64,000 nucleotides of DNA from the human T2T-CHM13v2.0 reference genome, Homo sapiens (GCF_009914755.1 NC_060929.1), one strand, 5' to 3'. Positions 1 through 21,939 are shown, numbered from the stretch's first letter. The notes: generated from the sequence alone by a model not told the origin. A program made the numbers and translations.

Positions 1-339
1 GAAGAATCTGGGGTCCAGTGCTACAGCCTCTTATCTACTGTTGTCAGGTCCAATTATGCCTCAGCCAAGTCCTCTCGCCCCCATCTCCTTGCCTGTCCCC
101 AGAGCCAATCTGAGCACATCTGTTGCTCCATGCAAAGTATTTTGGCAGAAACTGCCCTCCCCTGTGCTGGGAGTCATTTGTCTTCACTGGCTTGGAACTA
201 TTTTTGCTTATATTTAAATAATGTAGGTTGAAAATATACATATATGTCTGTATATAATAGAGACCAAAGTGAAGTTATGACACCAAACTACAGATAATAT
301 AAGAGATTCCAACTCAAACAAATATTTAGAAGAAACTGT

Positions 340-1250
340 TTTAACCCCCCACATGCCAGATGAAGAACCCAGAAGGATTCTCAACATTTCCTTCCAGCAT
401 TACCTTTCATTTCAGTCCTCAGCTAGAACCCTCAGGGATCATGTCTCATATCCAGCCTCTCTTGGGTGGAGTAGGCTTTCGAAATCCAATACTTAGCCTT
501 CATTTTGAAACACACAGTAGCAAGGACTCAGTAGACCTATCTCAGGTCACAGAGATCTTACCATGAAGTAACATACTTGGGGATGCATCCTACACGGGAC
601 GGCCCAAATGGCGAGTCAGTGCACCATGGGGTATGATATTGATGCCTTGCCTCTTGGGGCAGCTGGAACCTCTGGGACGGTTATTTCCAGCCACAAGTAT
701 CAACAGCTTCATCAAGGTCCCTTGAGGGTGGCCAAATGGAGGAAGGTACAAAGGTGTGGCCCACGGTCCTGCAAACATGGAACCTGCTGAGCCTGATGAC
801 ATCCACATTGTTATGCTCCATGTCAATGAGTTGAATGCAGCAGCTAAGAAGTTGCTTCACCTGTGATAGCACATGCCACTGTCCATCATGAGCAAGGGCG
901 CAGGGTAGCTACTGAAGGAGTTTGTATTCCAGTTGCCCAAGATGCCAGGATCAGCTACATAAACTGCAGAGCCCGGTGAAAAAAGAAAATACAGGGCCCC
1001 TTGTTCAAAAATTATTAAGAATTTCAAGATGGTGGCATCAGAACATTAAACTAAGCATAGGGTCCTTCCAAGTGCAGGGTCCTGTGCAGCTGTCTAGGTT
1101 GCAAGTCAGTGAAGCTGGTCCTGCAAGAAGCACAGCGTTAGGCCAACGTGGAACCAGTGGAAGTGGAAGTTCAACAGTGCCAGGGATGGGGACAGTTCTT
1201 GGCAGGCACAGCATTGAACCTGTCATCACACATATCAGATTCTTTCAGCT
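340..1250. mobile_element. Possible decayed ERVL/MaLR internal sequence, interrupted by the MER45A-like element
   Basis: Relatively GC-rich, degenerate-coding look with broken ORFs; family not securely recognised. Confidence 0.3.
946..1123 (-). mobile_element. MER45A-like hAT-Tip100 MITE
   Basis: 178 bp; TIRs caggatcagct / agctggtcctg; 8-bp TSD caagatgc / caagaagc. Confidence 0.8.
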
Positions 1251-1578
1251 GTTTGTGACTGGCGTGCCCCTTTCTGTGGTATCCAAACTGGCTGTGCATG
1301 AGTGGTCTGCACATTAAAGCATTGTCATGATTTTGAAATACTTTAAGAAAGTTCCATTCGATTTGAAAGTCATTCACATGATTGCAGGAATTTCAACACT
1401 GCTGTTGTCAATGAAAGAAAAAGAACTATTTGTTTCTTAAAATATGACTCAGATGTTGTAAAATTTGGAATGATTTCAAAAAATGTTTTACTTTTTTTCA
1501 CATGACTTACTTGTGTGAACAAAGTTTATCTTAGTGATGACTACCAAGAGCTTGAAGAGACCATTGATAAAAAGCGTT

Positions 1579-1925
<347 letters not shown>

Positions 1926-1960
1926 CTATTTTAAGCATAAAATCAGATATTATAAAGCTA

Positions 1961-2600
<640 letters not shown>

Positions 2601-3305
2601 GCAAATTTCTTATTAAAAATTGAAGAGGTTATTTTGGGGGAATTTTGTAAAACTTTAGTATTTAATGTCTTCTTTAAATTTTGAGCTTTATTTTCTTATA
2701 TAATGAAGGCTTTTGCCAAGTCCCATATAGATACCCCAAGTCCTCTTCAATTTATTCCAATGTGTGGCTTAAAATGTTATTATTTTCCATGTGAAGCAAA
2801 AACTGTTGACAGCAGTACTCTAGCCAGCAGCTATCTCAGGAAGTCTGAAGACTATGAAGAAACTCATTTGCTTTTGCCCACTGGTGGTAGGAGAGGCTAC
2901 TGGGGTTTGATCTGGGAAATCAAGCCATGACAAAAACAGAATTCAATCATGGTGACAATGAATAGTACTTCATAGAGGTGTTGAAATGATTCCATGAGAC
3001 TGAATTGAAAAGCACTCAGAATGATGCTTGGAATGTAGGAAATACTCAGTGAATGAGAGTTGCTATTACCTGGTACCCTGATAGCTAAAGCATTGGCAAG
3101 TTCTGTTGATTCTGTGTCCATGATGCCTTAGCTCTGTTCTAGACTTTACTTTCCATTCCTATTGTCTCACTCCACCATAATTTATTATTTTACTACTGCT
3201 CACCTGGACAATTATATGAGCCTCTTAATTTGCCTTTTAGCTTCTAGAGTCTTTTTTGTTTTTTAAGTGACTTGAAGAAGAAGTTAGAGTCTTCATTTTT
3301 TACCT

Positions 3306-4155
<850 letters not shown>

Positions 4156-5673
4156 CAGTCCTTCCTACACCCCCTTGGCAGATTCATCAAGCATTTCCTG
4201 CTTGAACAAGGGTCCTCTACTGTGTAAAGAAGTCCCGGTTCCCTGGCCTGAAATTAAGTGTTCGGCTCCTAATCTATCAGACGAGGTCACATTTTCCCAG
4301 AAAAATCGTCTTGAAGAATCTGACACTTTTTTTTCACAGCCCCTCATCGCCTTTTTTGTAATTATGCATGAATTTGGGGACTACACGACTAGTGTCTCTG
4401 CCCAACCAACTCCAAAATGCAACCTCCACGAGGATTGTGGCTTTTTCTCACTGTTATACCCGATACCTAGCACAGTACTTGAGCATGAAAGGTTTTCACA
4501 AATATTTGTTGGATGAATGAATGTACATGCCTGACGAAGGGAGCAAGAAGCAATTTCAACAGTTAGATATGTAATTTGGCAAAAGCAGGTTTCTATTTAG
4601 CTATCAAAAGAGGTTGAAAGAATTTGGTACCTCGACATCACCAACATTTTGTTGAAGGACAAATTGCCAAGCCCCATGTACATGTGGGACCATTAGTAAT
4701 TCTGTTGCTATGCAAATTAAAACAGTGATGTATGATTTATAGCTTTAATAACATTCTGAAGGCTCTTAAATTTTAATCACTTGCAACATCCTTTTTAATA
4801 TTCAATTACTTTATTAACTAATTAGGTCACTTGCTGAAAAAGCACATAAGGCTGGTGCTATTATCAGCTGAGCCTCACAAAATACCTTTGAAATGGTGCA
4901 AATGGTTTATTTATTTTAAACAGATCATTAAGATGCTATAATTAATAAACTAATTACAAAAAAAGGCCCAATAGTGATAGATGCACAAATAAAATAGCAA
5001 TGTCCAATGGATTAGTCATTTTTACATACATACATCAAGGGGCAAAAATTAAATGAAAACCCCCTGTAAAAAGTGCTTTCCTAAATAATTAATTTTGCAA
5101 TGACTGATAACCCTATCACGGCAAACCTAACTTGAGGCTCATTCATTACACAAACCTGTAATGTGTACTTTCGTTTTATCTAATGACACTCTGGATGGAA
5201 AATCCACAGCAAGCGAAACTTGGTCTTCCTTTATTACTTACAAGAGCCCTAATTTGCAGACAGAGTTAGGCACTTCACCACTTAGTGCGTTGGAGTGAAG
5301 CGAGCCTCCCGCAGGAGACTCAGAAGGAGACATATACCGGGGCAGCAGCATCCCTGCTTATTGATTTCTCAGCACCGAGTTAAGGTCTTCAAAGCAAACA
5401 ATGCGAACAAAGAAAGCCAGGGCCAACCCTGCAGGGATTTTTCACCCAATATTCTCAAAGGAGACTGTGGATCGCAGCACTAGCCCTGCATTGCTAATGC
5501 ACAGAGCTGTTGGGACTATTGCTGGGGTGGGGACAGGGGCGGCTTTCAGGCTCAGAGTAGAATTTTATTTCTGGGATCAGGGTTAAGTAAGAGGAACTAA
5601 ATCCTTTTGTTGAGTTGGGAAAGAACACTGTCAAATCCTGAGGCCAGGTCATTTTTCTAGCTCAGAATAATAA

Positions 5674-5984
<311 letters not shown>

Positions 5985-5992
5985 TAATAGCC

Positions 5993-6293
5993 AGCCAGGT
6001 GTAGTGGCTCATGCCTGTAATTCCAGTGCTTTGGGAGGTTGAGGTGGGAGGATCATTTGAGGCCAGGAGTTCAAGACTAACCTGGACAACATAGTGAGAC
6101 CCCTACCTCTACAAAAAGTAAAAATAAAACAGCTGAGCACTATGGTGTGCACCTGTAGTCCCAGCTATTTGGGAGGCTGAGGCATGAGGATTGCTTGAGC
6201 CCATGCATTCAAGGCTGCAGTGAGCTGTCATCACACCAGTGCTCTCCAGCCTGGGCGACACAGCAAGATTCCTAACTCAAAAAAAAAAAAAAA
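5993..6293 (+). mobile_element. AluJ
   Basis: ggattgcttgagccc...aaggctgcagtgagct. Confidence 0.9.
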
Positions 6294-6677
6294 TTAAAAT
6301 ACTAGCCACCTATCTACTTACTAGACACTGTTGCGGATTGCCTGTAGTGTCTCCTTGAATATCCTTGCAAACATCAAAATCTACCAAACAGCTCTTCTAG
6401 GGTTCCTTTCAATTCTAAATTTTGTAATTTTTTTCTGCTCTTATTTTCCCTGTGTTTTGCATATTCCATGGTATTTATCCTGTCAACATTGATTTGCTAA
6501 GCTCCTTTTAGGACCAGGCAGTGTTCTAACCTGGAGACACTGGGTGAACGGGACAGATAAGTTCCTGCTCTCATGGCATTTACATTCTACTGGGGGAGAC
6601 GGACCATCCACTTAGAAACAAAATATAAATAAGAACTTTAGATGATGCAAAGTGCCATGCAAAAACAAGAAACAGGA

Positions 6678-6973
<296 letters not shown>

Positions 6974-7911
6974 AGAAACAGGAGAATGTGATAGAGGGTG
7001 TCTGGGGTAGCTCTTTGTAAGTCATCAGGGAAGGTCTCTCCAAGGAAAGTGACATTCGCAAATGGACAGCAGGGTCTTGAACAACTGAAAGCGCTTCTTC
7101 CCAGTTTTACCAGTTGTTTTCCGCCTTGTGTCCTTTTCGAGTGGGTGAATGCAGAAGGCAGTGAGGGGAGAGATACAGGGATGCCAGGTGTGGTGAGAGT
7201 GGCAGGTAAGAGAAAGACTGAAGGGAAATGATAGATAGCATTATGATGTCACTATCGTTTTCACTATTGTTAGTTGCTTGCAATCTGCCTATAAAATGAA
7301 TGTGTGTGCGTTTTGCTGTTAGTGTGTGTCCGGGTAGGTGAAAAACTGCAAAGAGAGCTATTTCTCATTCTCTTACTTCTTTCCCGTCACTGTCATGCTC
7401 TGCAAGTTGTAACAGCTATGTTTAATGTATTCCCAATCTGTTTCAGCACCTTCGTGATGTGTTGATGGAACTTTAAAATATTCATAAATTTCTACATTGC
7501 CCCACGGATGCTAAGTTCTTTGGAAGAGCAGCCTAGCCTAGGCAATAAATCTGACCCATGGGTGCTGCTCGAGTATGTAGAAAAATGTCGTTTCTCCTGG
7601 GTCCCAAAGGGAAAACATCAGAAAAGACCCCCTTAATCTCTTAACTGGGAACTAAACAGCATTCCAGCAACATATGACCCTCCCTTCCTGGGTCCCTTAT
7701 CTGGTGGGCTTATTGGCACCTTTTTTTCTTTTTCACCCTTAGGAACCGATATATATATATGCAATTCTGAGCACAAGCTGAATTATGTCTCAGAGATGGA
7801 TTAAGAACATTGTTTTCAAATGAGACAAGAAAAGGTTAAATATAAGCAGACCCCTATATGAATAAATGAACTACTTTGGTGAATAAAGTTACTATCACAT
7901 TCAAATAAATA

Positions 7912-8587
7912 CACTCAGCCCTCTGTATCTGCGGGTTCCGTACCCTCGGATTCAACCAAGAGCTGATGGAAACTATTCAGAAAAAAATTGCAACAACAGA
8001 AATAATACAAATAAAAATACAGTACAACTATTTACATAGCATTTACATTATATTAGATATATAAATAATCTAGAGATGATGTAAAGTATACGGGAATTTC
8101 AGAACAGGAATCTCTGAGGAAAAGAAATAAATAAAAAATAAATAATAGGCCGGGTGTGGTAGCTCATACCTGTAATCCCAGCACTTTAGGAGGCCCAGCG
8201 GGGGCGGATGACTTGAGGCCGGGAGTTTGAGATCAGCCTGGCCAACATGGTGAAACCCTGTCTCTACTAAAAATACAAAAATTAGCTGGGCATGGTGGTG
8301 CGTACCTGTAATCTCAGCTACTCAGGAGGCTGGGGCAGGAAAATCACTTGAACCTGGGAGGTGGAGGTTACAGTGAGCCTGAGATCGCACCACCGCACTC
8401 CAGGCTGGGTGACAGAGCAAGACTCCATCTCAAAAATAAATAAATACTAATAATAAAGTGTATGGGAGGAGACACATAGGTTATGTGCAGATCCTGCACC
8501 ATTTTATATCTGTGACTTGGGTGTCTGTGGATTGTGGTATCTACTGGGGACCTGGAACCAATCCCCGTCAGACACCGGGGACGACCG
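7912..8587 (-). mobile_element. MER2 (Tigger-family MITE), interrupted by a short insert plus an AluS (8148-8445, +)
   Basis: ctctgtatctgcgggttcc...ggattcaaccaa and cctggaaccaatcccc...ggggacgaccg; TA on both sides. Confidence 0.85.
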
Positions 8588-8842
8588 TAGTTGTGCTTTC
8601 CTTGTTCACCAACCCAAAATAGATGCTAATCAAGGATCTAAGTCAAAGGAGTGTATTAGTGATTCTCTAGCATTAAGGACAAGAAGAGCTGTGAGTTTTG
8701 CAGTGAACTTGGACAAGAAAAAGCTAGTTCTATACATCTTTCCTGTCCTCAAAAGAGATGAGAAGGCCCTTTCAAAGTCTTCACAAAAGCTTCTATTTCT
8801 CATTGTCATGGTTTTCTCTAAGTACCACATGGTTTAAAATAA

Positions 8843-9651
<809 letters not shown>

Positions 9652-10096
9652 TTTGTAAACCATTGTTTTAGAAAAATAAATTCTGAATTATAAATAGTTA
9701 CTAAGAAAAATTGGGGATCACACTCCATCTTGATCTTTCCTTTTTAAAATTTAGAACTGGATCAAGGTGGTTGGGTTTTGAGATCTCCAAAGGACTGTAA
9801 AAAAAAACAGCCTTCGAGCCCTCAGATGAGAGGTTGACCCCTGGACACACATCTTCTATGCAAGAGTGGATTCGTCAGGGTCCTGTGCTCTCTCTCACTT
9901 TGCCCTCCCTTTGATGCAGCTAGGGCGTGAGAAAGCAAGTGTGCTGAGAGGAAACAGCCACAAACACAGTAGTGTGTGTGCTGGGGCTCAGCAACTCGTT
10001 TTCACAGCTGGTAGTGACCAGACCTTGTTGATTGAACATCCTATCAGTAAAATAGTTTGTGTACCACCTCCAGGTATAAAATAGATACCTCGGTTA

Positions 10097-11040
<944 letters not shown>

Positions 11041-11689
11041 AATTAAGTGTGTAATTATTAAATTTAAGAATATTCATCTACCAAAAATCACAAAACAAAA
11101 ACCAACCAAAAAAAAACCCAAACTGCCATTCATTGGGCAACATTGCTTCAGCTACTGAAAAACCAGCACTGTATCTGCCAGGTCCTCCTGTAGTGGGTTT
11201 GTGCAGGCTGTCCTGATGACACCTGTAATCAAGCCGCAGACCGTATCCTCAACTCCATCCTGTGCTTTCCTTTTCCATTTGGAGGCAGTAAAATTGACAA
11301 GGCTTGGCACTCTGCCTGGGTTCCCGGGCTTTGATGTGGTGTAAGAGGCCAGGCCTCGCTTCCTCCACCCATCCAGTGATCTGAATCAATGAGACGTAGC
11401 CCAGGAGCCTCTTCCCATACCATAGATCTCTGTTTTTTGTTAAGAAATATGATCTCATTTGGTGTTAGTGGTGCTAAATATTTGAGAATTTACTTGCATA
11501 TTCTCTGGAAATAGCCCATGTTTTTCTCCTCAGTCTATCATACAGGTTATAAAACCTCAGTTTCTTCTTCTGGTTAATGAGGCTAATACACTTACTACTT
11601 AGCCTAGTGCAACTGAGACATGGTGAGCAGAAGAGAGTCCATTCTTTTTTTTTTTTTTTTCTTTTGAGAAGGAGTAAGAGGATATGCCG

Positions 11690-12018
<329 letters not shown>

Positions 12019-12864
12019 TCAGAGTCACTTTAGTATATATTGTACAGAACTGCATAACTGCATATGTTTATACATATATATTGCTGTGTGGGGTTATGAA
12101 TACAAAACCACGTGCAATTTAAGGAATTTTCAAGGGCAATTCTAATTCCACCCAATATCTGCCATATTCCTGCTTCTACAATCAAACCCACACAGAAACT
12201 GCAACTTCACTCTGATACCAGCTCACTAGTTATCATGAGAATTTGATGGAATAATGGCATAAACCTCTGAGCACAGTGCCTGGCACATAGCTGACAGTAA
12301 AGGTTACTATAACCACAGTCATAATGTTACTATTATTGTTTTCCATCCAGTAGGGAACTATCAGCTATGAGTGCCTACTCCATGGTTATTATTGATATGA
12401 TTATCCAAGCGGAGGGAGAGAGGGAGCTATCCCTCCCGCTAGAGTTACTGAGTTTTCATAGAGAAAAATAGGTATTTCAACTGACAGAACCTGAGTCCAG
12501 GTGAAGGCCTCCATGGTCCTGGTTGCAGGACTGGCTGGGAGCAGCGTTAGGGGAGGAGAAACAGGCACTAGATGTGCCGAGAGGGTGAAGCAGTTTCCTT
12601 TGGTTGGCACATGTGAGAGGAGCTGGAGAATAAAAGCCAGGAAAGGTAGCCCATGGTTAGATAGCCTCAAATACCTGGACTTGATTCAGGTGGGAGTGGG
12701 GAGCCATTGATAGTTCAGGAGCTGGGGAGTGATGAACAAGACATTTGAAAAGATGGAGAGGCTAGAAACATGGAAACCAGTGAGGAGGCAACCACAAAAC
12801 TGTGAGAAGTCATCCTGAGCTCAAATGAGAGCAGAAACAGAGGGAATAGAAAGATACTGGCTGA

Positions 12865-13548
<684 letters not shown>

Positions 13549-14057
13549 CCTGCTGAATTCTTGTATGAATATTGCCATGTTTACATGAACGGTACAACCC
13601 ATCCTTCCCTACAGAACCACTTACCCCTGTCATTGAACTAATCCGTCAGTTTAAGTTGTTGGTGTTTGGCCTTCCATTTGTAATATGGGCTTATTAGATG
13701 AGGTAGTCATGGTGATACTTTTTATATAGTTTTCGGGGGAAATGGGATCTTACATCCCATAAATACAGTAATAATCTCTGTGTAGAATTCAAGGTGATGT
13801 TTTCTTTTATTTAACAACTGAGTCACACACAGCTGAGTGCGCTTATGCTTTTATACATTTGATGCCATGAGTTCTTTGAGAGACAACCATAATTCTCAGT
13901 TTGTGATAGCACACCACATTTGTTATAAATTGTTTTTCTTTGTGGGGAGTAGGTGAGCCTGAATTCCCATTTTCTTAACTTACTCCCATGGTGTGCATCT
14001 TCCTTTATTTTCTAGCCATGAAATGAATAAAAAAAAAATAAGAAGTAATGAAGTCTA

Positions 14058-15760
<1,703 letters not shown>

Positions 15761-18700
15761 ATAAGCCAAATGGCATATAGAAGGTGCTTAAAAGAACTAC
15801 CGAGGGCTTGAATTTCCAGTTTTCTTCCTTAGCCATAATATTCTCCTAAAACATATCTGTGAGCACTTGGATGAGAACAGTGATGGGTACATATTTGGCT
15901 GTGAAAGTGTAGGCTTGCCTAGGTCTAATCTTCCCTCACACAGGATATAATCTCAAACAAGGCTTCTGTGGATATAGTGTCCCTCAAGACATCTCAACCA
16001 AGAAACTGGGGAAGTGTGCTCATCACCACACCACAGTTGGGGTAGCACCATTCACTCTAAGGGCCCATTTAGAACAGTTAATCAACACCAGAATCGCTGT
16101 CTGCACAAGGAGTAAGGAATTTCTTCTGAAGGACCCAACAAATTATGTTCCCAACTTAACTGCAGATTTCATCCTAAGAATTTTCAATTTCACTGGAAGT
16201 CCGTCTTGCACCAATTTGATGCTGACATTTCCCGCCTTTCCCATCTGGAGATGACTCCTTTGTTTTAAGAAGTCTTGGTGAACATGTGGTTTAGTGGAAC
16301 AAAATGGAAGACGTTTTTGAGACACAGACGTTGTATGTAAGCCTCAAATCAGGCTCTCAGGAAAAATAAGTTGTACATCAGAAACACGGCCACCAGTTTG
16401 CGAAGAGTGTCAGCACGAGCGTAGAGATACAAAGACATGAGGACCTATGAGTTGATTGTTAACCTCCCAAACTCAATTCAGTGTGACAGTGACACTTCAC
16501 AGCACATTGCATCCAATCTCATTTGAAGCTGACAAAGATTGTTTCTGCTTTACATCTACTGGTTTATTAATGGTCTACAGCCTCTTAAGCAGATGCATAT
16601 TCATTAGGTAGCCAGCTGTTAGGAGGTTCCCAGATGTCGAATGTAACTCTGTCTTGGAACATATATTTTTTTTTCCTTATCATGAAACAAAGTAATTGAG
16701 GCCTTATTAAAGAACCAGTTAATTACTAAAGCGGTACCTTATGCCACCCATCATTCAAATCTGGTAACTCTTGGGACATCTAAAATTTTTGGTGAAGACA
16801 CAGTATTTAAAAGCCAATCTTTTTTCTGTATTTTATATAGAGATAGATACTGTATGGGTAGACAGAAGGTATGTGCAAAGTTCTTAACAACTGACAAATT
16901 CTTTTCCTTGATTCATCACAGGAATTAGGTCTAAGGGATAATACTGATAAACCTAGTAAATTAGTTAAAATTAAAATACTTTAATAATATTTCTTTTATC
17001 TAACTCTATTACTTTCCTCTAAAAGAGGACTTGAAAAATGGTTCTTTGTGTAACCCATGCCTCAAACCTCATTTTATATTTTCCATTAAACAGAGTATTT
17101 TTTTCCTCCATCAAAAATAAGGTAGTTCAGCTACTGGCAATCCAAGCAGGGTTTTCAAATTACCAGGTATTTCTAAATGCTCTTTAAAACCCTACTCTAA
17201 AGATGCCAATTCAAATATTCCCTGAAGAACTTAAATCTAGAAATTCCATTTCTACTTTTATTTGGTAGCTGGACATCTCAATTCTATTTCTCAAGTGCAA
17301 GAATCACAGCAGCAGATGAAAAATGGCCGAGAGCATGCAATATTTCCAATTGTTGAGTGCACTTTTTGAAATGGATTCCTCAGCCAAGCAATTCCATGCC
17401 ATCCACCTTTAGCCTGCGAATTATTCTTAACATATCTTTTGATCCCTTGAGGTGCCTTTGTGTTATATTACTACTCCAAATCTGCTGGATTTTTCTGCTC
17501 TCGGATTTGGCTAAGGTCTTATGCTAAGTTATGTCACCATTTCTACAAGACAGAAGATTTACCCTTCAGAAGAGATCAGTTTTTATTTGCTCTGTGGCCC
17601 ATCTCCTGCTGTTGACCTTTAGAAAATGCAAATAGATTACATAAACATTTCAGGGCTGATTTTAAAAACATAGTAGTTAACAACCCTTTACTAGCTGTCT
17701 ACCATGTGTGGAACGTTACGTGGCATCTGGGGACAACGTGATCAGAGCGCAGGGATATGCAAGAAAAAGCTGACAATTTATCTGTGTGGCATGTACAATC
17801 TCCAAATTCAAAGATCTGAAATATTAATAGAGGGGAATGAGGACAGTGCAGTAACACTGAACTTGGATTCCAGGGACCTGTCCTAGGAAATGTGGCTTTC
17901 ATAACTACCTTGATCTCTCAGTCAGTCTCAGTTTCCTTGTCTGTAACAAGGAAATAATAAGTGTCTTAACTTTTTGGCTTAGAGTTATTGTGAAAATCAG
18001 GCAAGAAAAGAGTGTGAATCCACTCTGTAAGCTGTAATATGCAAATGCAAGTTATCACTATTTGAAATACACAATTTGCATATAAAAACGGTCCCTTAGA
18101 TACAAACAATTCATATCTTTCACATATAAATGAACTATTAATGCATTTCAGGTTAAATAGTGAATATATCGAATCAATATTACCAATTTTCCATTCAAGT
18201 TTCTTAAAGCCCAAGTAGAGTGAGCCCTATTCTATATGACAAGTATGGCAAGGAAAGCAAAAGGGGCCTTCAGAATATTCCATTTCTGGTGGTGATAACC
18301 CCCTCTGGGGAACTTTTGAGGAGAATAAAGTAATTATTTCTCTCAGCACACCGAACGCGTTACTAACATGGTCCTTGCCTATCTCCCTGATTCCACTCCT
18401 TTTATGCAGAGCTCCAGCTACATCTATGAGCTTCTCTGGTAGCTCTTTCTCCACAAGGAGTCCTCACACGTGGAGTTCTCCGTGGCCGAACGACACTCTG
18501 TCTGGCTTAGCATGGTTGTCCCCTTCTCATCATTCTTCAGATCTCTGTGTAAAAGCTCCCTTCTCAGAGGGGGCATCTGGAGTGATCCCACCTAAATTAG
18601 GCCTCTGCTCCTATTCTTTTCTAACAGCACCATGACTAGCTCCTTCAGAACACTTAACGCCTGTCCACACTTCCATGTGATCTTACAGATTAGTTTCTGT

Positions 18701-18992
18701 TCCAGTTAGCATAATACGTAACACAACTATAGAACTATAAAATCAGTAGACATGCACTGTGTACCAGAAGAAATCATCTCAAAAACTGAGCAAATGCTAT
18801 GATGTCACCAATTTTTCATATTCAGAATCCAGGGGGGCAAATCTCATGTGACAGGCATTTTGCTGACGACTGGTGAAAGGCAAAGCTAAATTCTTTGTAC
18901 CTCAAGCAGGTCATCTTATAACCAGAAAAAATCAAGTAAATGGATACATAGTATACTAGAGAATCATCTTATCTGATAACTCTACATAGTTG

Positions 18993-19522
18993 CAGTTGCC
19001 AAGCCAGGATGGGGACCACTGAGGGGCCCTGAGACCATTCCCAGAAGTTGCAAGTTCCAACTTTTTCCAATCACCTACCCCTGAGACCAGACTTGTTTCA
19101 CAAACTTCCTCCAAAATAACATATCACAGCAGATTGAATGCAGAAACAAGTAAAAGAGCCCAGCTACATTCTATTATGTTGGTGCAAAAGTATCTGCAGT
19201 TTTCCCACTGAAATGCCAAAAACCACAATTACTTTTGCACCAACCTGGTATTATGTCAGGTATGAAAGAGATTCGCAATAATGTAAAACCATGCTGCTGT
19301 TCTCAGAAATTTTTATTTTGGAAAATATAGCTTATAAAGTTGCAGTTTGTTAACACATAATAATGGGTTATTGTGAAACCAATTAATAATTTTAAAGCTT
19401 TGCACTTTATATTTCAAATAAACATTGATAGATGCAACCCACATAAATAACAGCTCCTTGAAGTCCTCAGTTTTTAAGGTTGTAAAGAGGGATCTGAGAC
19501 CAAAATGCTCCATAGACCAACT
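18993..19522 (+). mobile_element. Charlie1-family hAT remnant
   Basis: agattgaatgcagaa...cccacataaataacagctc...ggatctgagaccaaaa resembles the Charlie1 3' end. Confidence 0.65.
19174..19248. mobile_element. MADE1 (Hsmar1 MITE) palindrome
   Basis: gttggtgcaaaagta ... tacttttgcaccaac inverted repeat flanked by TA. Confidence 0.9.
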
Positions 19523-19603
19523 GTAAGCACTCTTACTTCATTACAAAGTAGAAAAAAGTGTGCTTGGAGCATTTAAAGACCACAACTGCAAGATGTACAG
19601 TTA

Positions 19604-20340
<737 letters not shown>

Positions 20341-21933
20341 TTAAAAAATCCTTTCATGGATTTCATTTAGTCTTTATATCTGATTGCTCATCTGGGTATT
20401 AGAAGAATAGCAAGATCAGTCAACAAAACTGCAAGTCAATCAATTAAAAAACTGATCTCTATAGCTTGTAAAAGTGGAGAACATTCTAATGAGAATTGTG
20501 TGGCAAATCCTATACCAAGAGCTCACTTTAATAGCTCTCTGCCTCACATCTAAACTAATGTGGTAAGAAACGACTCAATACATTCACAGAACAATTCATT
20601 TACAATTTCCTTGACAGTTAAAAAAAAAAAAGTGGAGTTAAATTCATGCAGCTAGTAAAACCCCTTAATTAGAAACCAACTTACGAGTCTCTCAGGCTTT
20701 CTTTACTATACTCTGGTTTCAGGAATAAAACAGGAACACAAACTTTTGAATTTGCTGTGTAAATTGACATGGGAAGTGTTTAGCACAGCGACTGGCACAA
20801 ATAAAGTTGCTGATATGTAAGCATTTACATAAAGAATGGGAGGCAGAAAAACATGCACTGCACATATGTCAGTGCTGGTGGACCTCACTCATCATTTATT
20901 TAATTATCCAACATTTCAAGACTTAAGTTCATTTTGGAAAAAATGAGGGCCTAGAGAGGTCAGGTAAATTCTCAAGGTCATGCAGATGGTGGGTGATTGA
21001 AATGGGCTTCCCAGCACATGGTCTTTCCACAATGCAGTCAGGGCTGTCTTCAGGAGAGCTGAAATACACAGCATTTACCTCAGAAATCCATTTAATATAA
21101 GGTGTGCTCCATGCTTAGTATAGATTTAGCTGTATTTCCTAATGTCTCAGCTAGGAAACTATACCACCGTGCTTTATCTTCAAAATGAGACACTGCAAAG
21201 TTCAGAAAGATGGCAAATTCTTTAATTCATCTGCCAAAAAGAAAAACTGTTTCATAAATATTTGAGAGAAAAAAAGTACTAACCCTTCCCTCCAAATGTA
21301 ACTATGGCCTCAACTTGCTAGTGATTACCCTCAAACCAATAGTATTATGGTTATCATTCAGGCAATTAAAAAAAGGAAACACCTAACCAAAGTACTATTT
21401 AAAAACAGTGTATATGGTTCTCGAAGACATCAGAGAAGTGGGGGAAAAAAAAAAAACCCTAGAGGGAAGGAAACAAAAATGAATCTGGAGTGGCCGTGTA
21501 GACTCACCACACATAAATTGCTGGAACAGTATCAACCTTCCCCTCACACCATTAGGCAGAATACAAAATTGATACAAGCAAAAAAACTCTGGTTGAAGAA
21601 CGAAAGGGTATAGGATGGGCTGAAGGAAACCCAATAATGAAAGAAAGGAAGAGTATTTTCTCCCCAACTCCAAATGATTTGGGGGTATTTGTGCCTTTCT
21701 TCAAGTATAACTTAGTAACCCCTTCGGAGACAAATCATTAAACTGGACAGACATTCAGTGAGACAACTGTTGTTTTTCTCTTTCACGGGCTCTGAAAGAA
21801 AAATACTGATAAGAAACTATAAGTTGAAGTTCAAAAAAAAAAAAGATATAATGTAGGAGGGCATGATACAGAAAATGCTTTAGAGGTCAATCTGATTAGA
21901 GAAAGAATTAAAACACAAAGGTTCAGATAAACA

Positions 21934-21939
21934 TTTACT
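21934..21939 (-). terminator. Candidate distal poly(A) signal, AGTAAA variant
   Basis: Followed about 20 nt later by GU/U-rich tttgtgttttaattctttctc. Confidence 0.45.

Noticed and set aside
922-1317. 131-aa ORF
   Set aside because: Crosses a MER45A-like MITE; not a credible gene
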